Source of the DNA: Mobula hypostoma | Taxonomy: Eukaryota | DNA: 64,000 nucleotides | Direction of reading: 5' to 3' | NCBI RefSeq assembly: GCF_963921235.1 | Contig: NC_086097.1 | Location: 66,590,001-66,654,000, forward strand | In this document: positions 52,085 through 62,346 of the stretch, piece after piece | Position numbering within the stretch: the stretch's first letter is position 1 | Layout of the letters: each line of letters begins with the position of its first letter | Notes under the pieces: model-generated | What the model was told of the DNA's origin: nothing | Seen by the model: the letters and a program-made list of their open reading frames with translations, nothing else | Database searches by the model: none | Made by a program: the position numbers and the translations under genes

Positions 52085-53179
52085 ATGTTGTCCAATGTCT
52101 CTGCCAACCCAGACGATGCCATGAACGGTGCCAATTTTACTCACAACGGGACTACAAGCGGCGCGTATAGTCGCGCTATCTTCATCTCATTCATCTACTC
52201 CGTCGTCTGCTTTGTTGGATTGTGTGGGAACTCCTTGGTCATATACGTGATCCTAAAATATGCCAAAATGAAGACGGCAACCAACATCTACATCTTGAAC
52301 CTGGCCATCGCCGACGAACTGCTGATGTTAAGCGTGCCATTCCTGGTAACATCGACCTTGCTGAACCACTGGCCCTTCGGCTCGTTGCTCTGCCGTCTGG
52401 TGCTCAGCGTGGATGCGGTCAACATGTTCACCAGCATCTACTGCCTCACTGTTCTCAGTGTGGACAGGTATATCGCGGTGGTGCACCCCATCAAAGCTGC
52501 CAGTTATAGAAGACCCACCATAGCTAAAATAGTCAACCTGGCCGTGTGGCTCCTGTCCATACTGGTCATTCTGCCCATCATTATCTTTGCAGACACGGCC
52601 CCCAACACTGACGGCTCGATCATCTGCAATATGCAGATGCCAAAGCCTGACAGACAGTGGCTTGAGGTATTCGTGGTCTACACGTTTTTAATGGGGTTTC
52701 TCATCCCCGTTGTTGCCATCTGCCTGTGCTATATTCTCATCATTGTCAAAATGAGAGTGGTTGCCCTTAAAGCTGGGTGGCAACAGCGCAAGAAGTCGGA
52801 GAGGAAGATCACCTTGATGGTGATGATGGTGGTGACCGTGTTTGTGATGTGCTGGATGCCATTTTACATAGTTCAGTTAGTGAAGATATTTCTGGGGCGA
52901 CAGAATCTGACCGTCAGCCAGCTCGTGGTCGTCTTGGGTTACGCCAACAGCTGCGCCAACCCCATTCTTTACGGCTTTCTCTCGGACAACTTCAAGCGAT
53001 CGTTCCAGAGAATCTTGTGTCTACGGTGGATGGACAATGTGGTGGAGGAACCCATAGATTACTATGCCACGGCCCTCAAAAGCAGAGCGTACAGCGTGGA
53101 AGAATTCCAGCAGGATCCACTGGAATCGGAGAGCGCCTATCGCAATGGCACGTGTACCTCAAGGACAACCACCCTCTGA
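52085..53179 (+). CDS. SSTR1: Somatostatin receptor type 1 (class A GPCR), single-exon CDS, 364 aa
   Basis: 7 TM segments with GNx[36 protein letters not shown] and the somatostatin-receptor signature [15 protein letters not shown]1-type C-tail [26 protein letters not shown]-glycosylation sequons NVS/NFT/NGT. Confidence 0.97.
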   Translation: MLSNVSANPDDAMNGANFTHNGTTSGAYSRAIFISFIYSVVCFVGLCGNSLVIYVILKYAKMKTATNIYILNLAIADELLMLSVPFLVTSTLLNHWPFGSLLCRLVLSVDAVNMFTSIYCLTVLSVDRYIAVVHPIKAASYRRPTIAKIVNLAVWLLSILVILPIIIFADTAPNTDGSIICNMQMPKPDRQWLEVFVVYTFLMGFLIPVVAICLCYILIIVKMRVVALKAGWQQRKKSERKITLMVMMVVTVFVMCWMPFYIVQLVKIFLGRQNLTVSQLVVVLGYANSCANPILYGFLSDNFKRSFQRILCLRWMDNVVEEPIDYYATALKSRAYSVEEFQQDPLESESAYRNGTCTSRTTTL

Positions 53180-53572
53180 GGAATCGCAAAGCGGCTGAGG
53201 AGAACCCGACAAAGGTCCTGTCCTTTGGCTCGATAACTCGATTAGTGGGACAGATTTCTGCCGCTCTGTTATGTTCTCTGGTCGCATCCCCTGCCGTAAT
53301 GCTTTAGGTTGTGAAGAAATATAACTGATGTTTAATAAGGCCGCGATCTCTCGCCTATTTGAACTGTTCAGTCGCTTTTATATGCAGTATATAATATAAA
53401 ACTTCTCTCTAATTCATCTTAAGCTTAATTCAGATAAGAGCTGTCGCGTTTAAACCATGCTGGAAGCTTTGTGTTGATGTTGCCAAGATTCATTTAAACA
53501 TGTTTCTGTGTGTGGACTTCTTCAGAGTCTGCCAGTGATGTAGTATTTCAAACCTGATTGAATTAAAGTTCT

Positions 53573-54199
53573 AAGACTGGGAGACCGCTTTGCTGAACAT
53601 CTACGCTCTGTCCGCCAGAGAAAGCAGGATCTCCCAGTGGCCACACATTTTAATTCCACATCCCATTCCCATTCTGACATGTCTATCCACGGCCTCCTCT
53701 ACTGTAAAGATGAAGCCACACTCAGGTTGGAGGAACAACACCTTATATTCCGTCTGGGTAGCCTCCAACCTGATGGCATGACATCGACTTCTCTAACTTC
53801 CGCTAAGGCCCCACCTCCCCCTCGTACCCCATCTGTTACTCATTTTTATGCACACATTCTTTCTCTCACTCTCCTTTTTCTCCCTCTGTCCCTCTGAATA
53901 TACCTCTTGCCCATCCTCTGGGTCACCCCCCCCTTGTCTTTCTTCCCGGCCCTCCTGTCCCATGATCCTCTCGTATCCCCTTTTGCCTATCACCTGTCCA
54001 GCTCTCGGCTCTATCCCTCCCCCTCCTGTCTTCTCCTATCATTTTGCATCTCCCCCTCCCCCTCCAACTTTCAAATCCCTTACTCACTCTTCCTTCAGTT
54101 AGTCCTGACGAAGGGTCTCGGCCTGAAACGTCGACTGCGCCTCTTCCTATAGATGCTGCTTGGCCTGCTGCGTTCACCAGCAACTTTGATGTATGTTGC
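53573..54199 (+). mobile_element. 5'-truncated Penelope-like element (GIY-YIG C-terminus + pLTR) with 15-bp flanking duplication
   Basis: RLGDRFAEHLRSV..VATHFNSTSHSHSDMSIHGLLYCKDEATLRLEEQHLIFRLGSLQPDGM; ttgaattaaagttct repeated at 53558-53572 and 54200-54214. Confidence 0.88.
54101..54136 (+). ncRNA. Minimal type I hammerhead ribozyme motif (short stem III), core intact
   Basis: agtc CTGACGA agg gtctcgg cct GAAA CGTC gact. Stem I agtc/gact, stem II agg/cct, palindromic ACGT, GUC cleavage triplet. Confidence 0.75.
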
Positions 54200-55574
54200 T
54201 TGAATTAAAGTTCTTCCCCCATTAGTTTCTCGCCGCCTTGCTACACGATGGCCAATGACTCCCCAAAACTAGACAGAGAGGCAGTTTGTAATATTTGTTC
54301 AACTGATGCCTTGTTTCATCAAAAGAAGGACTCTTGTCTTTCATCGCCTATAAAATTATGCTCTTTAGGCAATTAACTTTTTTTTTAATGGCGCTTCTCC
54401 ATAAAAAAACTAATTGGCAAAATGAGGTTTGGTGCACAAGATCTCATTTGAACTTTAAGGCCAAATAATCCGATTTTATTACCGTTCTGCACATTAATCA
54501 AGTGGGAAGTCATTCTGGGAACATAATAACTTTGGCCCATCCAGATGGTGAGCAGTTTCGCTTTACAACTGGTCGTCCTTTGATATCCGCCCCGCCCCCA
54601 TCAGCGTTAAATACAACTCTGCACGGTCGGGACAGATTTTTAAAAATTTAGTTAGGGAAATTAATTTGCTAAGGAAATTCAATTAAAGTTGATTGCAAGT
54701 AAATTAGACACGGACTTCGAAGTAAAGAGAGCTTTATTCACGATATCGTGGGGACTAGAACTCCAAATAATAGAGCACTGCTCCTTTTATAGATGTACAA
54801 ATCGATTGCAAAAGCACAGACTGTACGATTAGCCCTGTGAATTACAAAGTTATAGCTAGGTTCACATGCAGTTCTCTTGTTATAAGCGATACCCATAGCA
54901 ACAGCCCATTTTTTAAAAAAAATCAGTCTTGTGTACAACTTTGTATAAACAGTTTGTCTCATTCCCTTGAGACTAATTCTTACAAGGTAAGTATCTGCAA
55001 GCATGGATTCTAAGATTGGATCTGCTAAAATATAAGGCCATATCTCCCACAAACTAAGCTGCAAACTGGTTTCCTTATTCAAAAACCAATATTAACCCCT
55101 GTCTATCAAAATATTTAACTCACACTATTTTCCTCCACGTTTACAATATTAAGATCTAAAACGTGTTTGGAGGACGAGTCCGTGCTTTTGTCGATACCTG
55201 ATGATTTGCGTGTGAGCGGGTGAACAAACAGAAGAATATACTGACTACATACTTTTTACCACATTGCAGCCTCAAAAAGTCAGCAGACGTGACAACTAAT
55301 GTATGGTTCGGACTGCCGATCATTTGACTGGAAAGTGATAACTCCCTCCAATGCTGCTTTCTTACTGCAAACGCCACGTATGTCCCCCCCCCCCCCCCAT
55401 TCCCTTTAGGAAGACTACTGCTGAACTAATAAATTGACAAACATCCTCCCTGAATTATTTGGCTGTGAGAAACTCTGGCCTTTGGCCGAATTCTTGCAAC
55501 GTTCCTCTAGTTAGTAAGTATGAAAAGGCACAATCAAATTCATGTTAAAATTTACTGGAGAGAATACATAATCT

Positions 55575-56762
55575 CTTTTCCCATCTCTGACACTTTTCTC
55601 CCTTTCTTTGTCTCCCATCTCTGGACGTCTTTACCAACCTTCTGATTTTTTCAGTTATCTTGACTGTACCTCTTATAGAAATGATATTCTCTGCTCTCAG
55701 TTCCTCCGTCCTCGCCACATCTGTTCTCCATTCCAGAACATCTGAGATGTCCTTTTTTTTCAAAGAACGGGGTTTCCCTTCCACCACCATCGATACTGCC
55801 CCTCACCCGCATCTTTTCCGCTTCTCGCACATCTGTCCTCACCCCATTCTCCATCCGTCACAACAGAGATGGAGTTCCACTTGTCTTACTGTCCCACCAT
55901 CTTCTGTATCTCGCACAACACGCTCCGTAATATCCGCGATCTCCAACGGATGCCATCAGAAAGCACAACACCGCCCTCCCCCCACCCCACGCTTTTCAGA
56001 GGAATCCCTGTCCACTCTTCCTTCCCCGCTTACACCTCTCCGGACACTTACCTCGCAGCGGAGCAAGTGCTACACCGGCCCCTGCACCCCTCCCCCTCCC
56101 CCTCTCCCTCTCCCTCCCCCGCTCCCTCTCCCTCTCTCTGTCGGCAGCCGGGGCTGCTGGTGCGGCCTCTTCTACATCGGCGAGACCCGACGCAGATTGG
56201 GGGACGGCTTTATGGCGCACTTTTGTTCTGCCCGCTGCTAAAGACTGAATTTTACAGTGGCCCAACTCAGTTCGACTTCCCATTCCCTCTGCTGCCATGA
56301 TGAGGCCAAACTCAGGTTGGAGGAGTACACCTCATGGTCCGTCTTGGTAGCTTGCAACCTCGCGTCATGAACATCGATTTCTTCCCATTCTGGTTACCCT
56401 CCCACTCTTACTCTCTCCTCACCTGCCCATCACCTGCTTCCTCTCTCCCTTTTTTCAGAGGTCCACTATCCTTCTTCGGCCCTTTATCACGTTCACCTAT
56501 CACCTCCCAGCTTCCTCCTTCATTCCCCTCCCCCACCCACTTACTTTCCTCCCCTCACCTGGCTCCACCCATCACCTGTCAGCTTCCCCCACCCCCACCT
56601 TCTTGTTCTGCCTTCTGCTCTCTTCTTTTCCAGTCATGATTAAGGGTCTCCGTCGAAACATTGTTTATTTCCCGCCGTCGATTCTGCCCGACCTGCTGCG
56701 TTTTCCCAGCATTCCCTGTGTGTTGCTGAAGATTACCAGCATCTGTAGAGTCTCTCGTGTTA
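55575..56762 (+). mobile_element. Degenerate Penelope-like element (RT C-terminus, GIY-YIG endonuclease, pLTR)
   Basis: SQFLR..HICS, TSEMSFFFKERGFPSTTID, GLFYIGETRRRLGD and RLGSLQPRVMNIDF; decayed hammerhead cagtcatgattaagggtctccgtcgaaac near 56631; tail ccagcatctgtagagtctctcgtgtt. Confidence 0.85.
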
Positions 56763-57389
56763 ATATCCGTCATTAATTTCCTTGATGAAACAAGGCAGTA
56801 AATCCTTCGGCATGGGACACACTAGTGATTCATATCCCAGCTGCAATCTCCAGCACATCTTGATGGTCACTGATGTAATATTGCCTGGCAGGGCCTCTCA
56901 GGAAAATCTTGTTTAAGGAATGCGTTCGCTTAAAAATTGATGGTGTGTGGCTTTTTATTTTGCCCCAATGTGCCCTGCGAATGTTGGCCACCCGAGTGGA
57001 TCGATCCGTTCTGTGACTAAAATAAATAGCACTTTTATGTTCCGCGGAGATCGTCGTTAACTTCTTTAACATATAAATTCAAATACTGGTATGCATTTAA
57101 TATAAACCCGCAATAAATTTGGGGTGCATCCTTTTCCTCTGGGGTGGAGTGTTCGTATTTTAACAGCATCCGTGCAGCCGCGTGTTTCCTGGAAACGAGG
57201 TTTACTCATCAGATCAATGTCAACATGACTACGTGGTTTGTGTTCTCTATTTAATTTATCGCGCCTGTTGGCATATTTGCACAGCTAGTAACTAAATGAC
57301 CACGTTTTCTGTATGTCCCAGTCACTGTAATGTCTATACAAATCTATAGGAAGTATCCAAGTCAGCCAGAGGGTTACAAAGTACAGTAA

Positions 57390-57580
57390 TTCACACAACT
57401 CAGCTGGCACGCAGAATCATTCCGCTTGAGCGATGAACAGTCGACGTTTTGGACCGAGACCCTTCACCAGGACCGAAACATCAACTGTTTGTTTCTCTCT
57501 CTCAGTGCTGCCTGATCTGGAGTTCCTCCGCCGATTTGCGTGTGTGGCTACAGATCTGCAGCAACCACTGTCTCTTGTAT
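57390..57580. mobile_element. Penelope pLTR inverted-repeat remnant downstream of the CLEC14A stop codon
   Basis: aacagtcgacgttttggaccgagacccttcaccaggac followed by cgaaacatcaactgtttg..tgctgcctgatct..agttcctcc..gatctgcagcaac. Confidence 0.7.
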
Positions 57581-57828
57581 CTCCTCTTGAAATACCTAGG
57601 CATATATATGATTCAATATACAATGGGAAAGTAACAACAGGCACTATTTCTGTCGTCCAGCCTTTTTAGACGTGTCTAGTATTATTTGCGTTTCCTTTAC
57701 AACAAAGGTGCTGGCCACTTTTAACGACCATTACACTTTAAAGAAAGATTTACCGCACATGTAAGTGTATGTGGGCACTGGGCCAGTTATGGGTCACAGC
57801 TTTAAACAGAGCATCTCCGTGTGGTTCC

Positions 57829-59154
57829 TCACTGTGCTACTGAAACACTTATTTCACCATTTTCCTTGGGTAAGTTAAATTCTTTTTCACTCGCTGGAGG
57901 AGTTTCCACGTAATGGTTTTCATTTGTGACATTTATGGTAGTATCCGCTGGGGCGTTTTCTTCGTCTTGGAGCGCAGAATCTACATTTTTTGTTTCTATT
58001 CGAAATGCCTCTAGTTCCGTTTTATGAGCACCTCTGTTCTCCCGCTTCATGATAATTATAACCGCAACTGCAACCAGCAGCATCAGAGCTAGTACCCCAA
58101 TAATAACTTGGTAGATCAGGAAGGGCGTGTTTGAGCGAGCCGCGCTCTCTGAGCCTCTGACACCTGAAGGAAAGGTGGTCGCGGAATTGTCAGCATAGCC
58201 GGTCAAAGGTATTGATGAAGCGGGCGCTGATACAGAGGTAGCAGGGGAAATAGTATTGGCAACTGGGATCTCAACTTTCAGGAAAGTCTCGTACGACACG
58301 TTGAAACTGGCTCGGAAGTCTGCCTCGGAAACGCATCTGTACAGATGAAGGTTGACCAAGAAACCCTTGTCACAGAAACAGAAATCCTCTTCGGCCGTCC
58401 GAAAACATCTATTTTGACAAAAGTCATTTTTTGTAATTTCCCCACAGTTGTTGCATAGAGATTCCAAGTTTCCCGAATATAACCATTTAACTTGCCCCCG
58501 CTGTAGCCCACATCTCACAGCGACTGACTTGCCATTTCTACAAGTAATGAACGCCACCGAATCTCTGGGTACACGAGGAAAGAACTGGCTTAGAGTGTGT
58601 AAAGGAAGTCTATAAGCGACTGTTCCCCTGTCAGTATTTAGGCTTTCGCACAACTGATACTTACAGATGAAACCTTCGCTACTTTTGGCGTTGCACGCTA
58701 AAGCATTCCACTTGAGTTGTATTCGTGTTGTAAAGTTTGCCACAAGTGCCACGCATCTCTCGTGAGTGCAGGTTTGCTGTGGTTCTTCAATCCAGAGGTT
58801 GTAGACCGAACTGTCATTCCCGCTGACCCATGTAAATCCTCGCAGCGGCTCTTCGGCGATATAGCACTGTTTGACCTTCTGGTGAAGTCCAATCCACAGG
58901 TAATGCAGCTGAAGCGAAGCATTCGCATTTCTTTCTAAAAGCTGCCGAATGTTCTCTGCTTCGCGCTCACTCTCCATGGAGGTAAGAACTCCCTTGTTAA
59001 CTTCACACCTCTCCTTTGCCAGGGCAAAGGGAACTCCATCCCAGTGCAAACTGTAACAGGTCCCACCGTTGCAAAACTTTTGTGTTTGGGAGAGAACACC
59101 AGACTTTTCCAAGTAGTTCTGGAGCCAAAGCAAAACGAAGAACAAACGAAGCAT
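57829..59154 (-). CDS. CLEC14A: C-type lectin domain family 14 member A-like type I membrane protein (group XIV CTLD), single-exon CDS, 441 aa from first ATG
   Basis: Signal peptide MLRLFFVLLWL; CTLD with CYSLH, LWIGLH..C...PLRGFTWV and EEP..TC...RCVAL..W....C...GFICKY; sushi-like region (VAYRLP..P..SVAFITC); one EGF (CQNRC..CFCDKGF..C); S/T/P-rich stalk; TM. Convergent with SSTR1 as in mammals. A single EGF argues against THBD, CD93 or CD248. Confidence 0.85.
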   Translation of the reverse strand: MLRLFFVLLWLQNYLEKSGVLSQTQKFCNGGTCYSLHWDGVPFALAKERCEVNKGVLTSMESEREAENIRQLLERNANASLQLHYLWIGLHQKVKQCYIAEEPLRGFTWVSGNDSSVYNLWIEEPQQTCTHERCVALVANFTTRIQLKWNALACNAKSSEGFICKYQLCESLNTDRGTVAYRLPLHTLSQFFPRVPRDSVAFITCRNGKSVAVRCGLQRGQVKWLYSGNLESLCNNCGEITKNDFCQNRCFRTAEEDFCFCDKGFLVNLHLYRCVSEADFRASFNVSYETFLKVEIPVANTISPATSVSAPASSIPLTGYADNSATTFPSGVRGSESAARSNTPFLIYQVIIGVLALMLLVAVAVIIIMKRENRGAHKTELEAFRIETKNVDSALQDEENAPADTTINVTNENHYVETPPASEKEFNLPKENGEISVSVAQ

Positions 59155-59189
59155 GTCAGCTGTCCCCGAAGGTGTTTGCTTTCTCAAAT

Positions 59190-59345
59190 CCAAAGTTTAT
59201 AAAATAGTTAGCTTTGACTACACTTGATGTGCACTTCCGCTGGTCGCAGATCTAACTGAAGTACTCCCCAGCTCCGAGGGGAAATCTGACAAACGCAGTT
59301 CAAATTGTATATCCGGTGACTTGAAGGCAGGAAATAGGAACTTTT
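59190..59345 (-). promoter_or_regulatory. Putative CLEC14A core promoter
   Basis: TATAAA on minus at 59196-59201, about 42 nt upstream of the ATG. ETS cores: CGGAAGT (minus, 59233-59239), CAGGAAAT (59328) and TAGGAACT (59335). Confidence 0.5.
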
Positions 59346-59814
59346 GGTAGGCACACTTTAAAGGGACACTCAGCAAAAAAAAACCCGGTAGACATGGAGG
59401 CAATGTTTTGCTAGTCACTGCTAAATGGGCTGGATTGAACATAAGAGAAGGTGGAATAGATTTTTCTTTTTATTTAAGGAACCAATGGAATCAGTGCAGG
59501 ATATCAGAAATAGTTAAAATGGCCAGGATTGTTAGTGGATAAAGTAAGGCAGATAATAAACGATCCAGAGTTCATACAAATTGGTGCAAATATAAATTGA
59601 TGGTAACTACACCATATTGTGTCGGATCGGCCAGGCAAGTGGTATCTACTGAATTGATATAACTGACTGTTACAGGAAGGTGTATAGTTCCAGTCAAGTT
59701 TTTATTCCAGAAAGTATAAATAGATGAATGAATCAATTAGATAAGCAAACAATAATGGAAAGTCTGGATTGCTGATGTTCTTGAGCCTTTTTTAGTATTG
59801 GACAGATTAAAGTG

Positions 59815-60810
59815 TGGATATGCTTAACAAGATAAAAGAGTCTATGGTATTACAGGAAAGTTACTAGCATTGATAGAGCATTGGCTGATTGGCAGGGGGC
59901 AGAGTGGGAATAAAGGGAGCCTTTTCTGATTGGCTGCTGGTGACGTGTGGTGTTCCGCAAGGGTCAATGTCGGGACTGTTTCTTATTACTTTGTATGTCA
60001 ATGATTTGGATGATGGAATTGATGGCTTTGTGGCCAAGTTTGCAGATGCTATGAAGATAGGTGGAGGAGCAAGTAGTGTTGAGGAAGCAGTGAGGCTGTA
60101 GAAGGACTTGGGTAGATTAGGAGAATGGGCAAAGAAATGGCAGATGGAATATAGTGTTGGGAAGTGTATGGTGATGCAGTTTGGTAGAAGCAATAAAAGC
60201 ATAGACTATTTTCTAAATGGGGTGAAAATTCAAAAATTTGAGGTGCAACGGGAGTCGGGAGCCCTCATGCAAGAATCCCAAAAAGTTAATTTGCAGGTTG
60301 AGTTGGTGGGTGAGGAAGACAAATACAAAGTTAGCAATCATTTCAAGAGGACCAGAATATAAACAAGAAGATAATGCTGAGGTTTTATGAGGCATTAATC
60401 AGACCAGATTTGAGCATTGTGAACAATTTTGAACCCCATATCTAAGTAAGGATGTGCTGATATTGGAGAGAGTCCAGAGGAGGTTTACAAGAATGATACC
60501 AGGAATATAAGGGTTAATGTATAAGGAGTGTTTTATGTCGCTGGGCCTGTACTATCTGGAAGTTAGAAGAAAGAGGGATAATCTCATTGGAACCTATCGA
60601 ATATTGAAAGAACTTGATAGAGTGGATATAGAGAGGATGTTTCCATCAGTGGGAGAGTTGTGGACCAAAGGGCTTAGCCTCAGAATGGAAGGACGACCCT
60701 TTAAAACAGAGATGAGGAGGACTATCTTTTGCCAGAGGGTAGTGAATCTGTGAAATTCATTGCCACAGATGACTGTGGAGGCCAAGTCATTGGATATATT
60801 TAAAGTAGAA
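59815..60810 (+). mobile_element. CR1 ORF2 3' fragment
   Basis: FSDWLLVTCGVPQGS, VAKFADAMKIGG, WAKKWQMEYSVGKC and FCQRVVNL. Confidence 0.85.
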
Positions 60811-60811
60811 G

Positions 60812-62340
60812 ATCAAAGTTAAAATTAAATTTATTATCAAAGTACATATGTCACCATATACAACCATAAGGTTCATTTTCTTGAGGGCATACTGAAAAAA
60901 TCCATAATAGAATAATAACCATAATAGAATCAATGAAGGACGACACCAACTTGGGCATTCACCTAGTATGCCAAAAACAACAAACTGGGCAACAACAAAA
61001 AGAAAAAAATAATAATGAATAAGCTATACATATGGAGAACATGAAATGAAGGGTCCTTAAAAGTGAGTCCATAGGTTGTGGGAACACTTCAATGATGGGG
61101 CAAGTGAAGTTATCACCTTTGATTCAAGAACTTGATGGTTGAGGGGTAATAACTGTTCCTGAACCTAGTGGTGTGAGTCCTGAGGTACTTACTCCTGATG
61201 GCAATAGCGAGAAGAGAGGATGGCCAGGGTGGTAGGAATCCCTGATGATGGATGCTGCTTTCCTGTGACAATGCTTTGTGTAGATGTGCTCAATGGTGTG
61301 GAGGGCTTTACCCCTGATGGACTGGGCCGTATCCACTACTTTTTGTAGGATTTTCCATTCAAGGGCAGTGGTGTTTCCATGAGGCTGTGATGCAGCCAGT
61401 CAACATACTGTCCACGAAACATCTATAGAAGTTTCTCAAAATTTCAGATGTCATGCCAAATCTTCGCAAACTCTTAAGGAAGTAGTGGCGCTGCCGTGCT
61501 TTCTTTGAAATTGCACTTAAATGCTGGGCCCAGGACAAATCCTCTGAAATGATAACACAGAGGAATTTAAAGTTTTGATTCCTCTCCATTTCTGATCCTC
61601 CAATGAGGAACACCTCATGTACCTCTGGTTTCCTCCTCCTGAATCTCCTTGGTCTTGCTGACTTTGAGTAAAAGGTTGTTGCTGTAGCACCACTCAGCCA
61701 GATTTTCAGTCCCCCCTCCCATATGCTGATTCATCACCAATTCGGTCTATGACGTGGTGTCATCAGCAACCTCAATATGGCATTGGGGCTGTGGTTAGCC
61801 ACACAGTCATAAAAGTAAAGTGAGTAGAGCAGGGGGCTAAACACCCAGCCTTGTGGTGCACTCTTGCTGATGGAGGTTGTGGTGGAGATGTTGCCGATCC
61901 GAACTAACTGGGGTCTGCAAGGGAGGAAATTGTGGATCCAGTTGCACAAGGAGGTACTGAGACTAAGGTCTTAAAGTTTATTGATTAGATTTGAGGGGAC
62001 GATGGTATTGTAATCAATATAGAGCATCCTGATGTATTCATCTTTGCTGTCCAGATGTTCCAGGGCTGATTGAATAGCCAATGAGATGGCATCTGCTGTA
62101 GACCCATTGTGCCTCTATGCAAATTGGAGTAGATCCAAGTTGCTTCTCAGGCAGGACTTGAGATGTTTAATTACCAACCTCACAAAACACTTCATCACTG
62201 TAGATGTAAGTGCTACCTGATAATAGTCATTGAAGCCGGTTACTACATTCTTCTTAGGCAGCGGTGTAAGTGAGGCCTGCTTGAAGACAGTGGGTATGAC
62301 AGACTGCCAAAGGGAGAGGTTAACAATCTCAGTGAATACT
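60812..62340 (-). mobile_element. Rex1/Babar LINE 3' fragment
   Basis: [48 protein letters not shown] and KAASIIRDSYHPGHPLFSLLPSG. Confidence 0.85.
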
Positions 62341-62346
62341 CCAGCC

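Noticed and set aside
52222..53307. Alternative-frame ORFs overlapping SSTR1
   Set aside because: Shadow frames of a GC-rich CDS.
59155..59193. 13-codon N-terminal extension of CLEC14A from TTG
   Set aside because: Non-ATG start lying next to the TATA box; the ATG at 59154 directly precedes a signal peptide.
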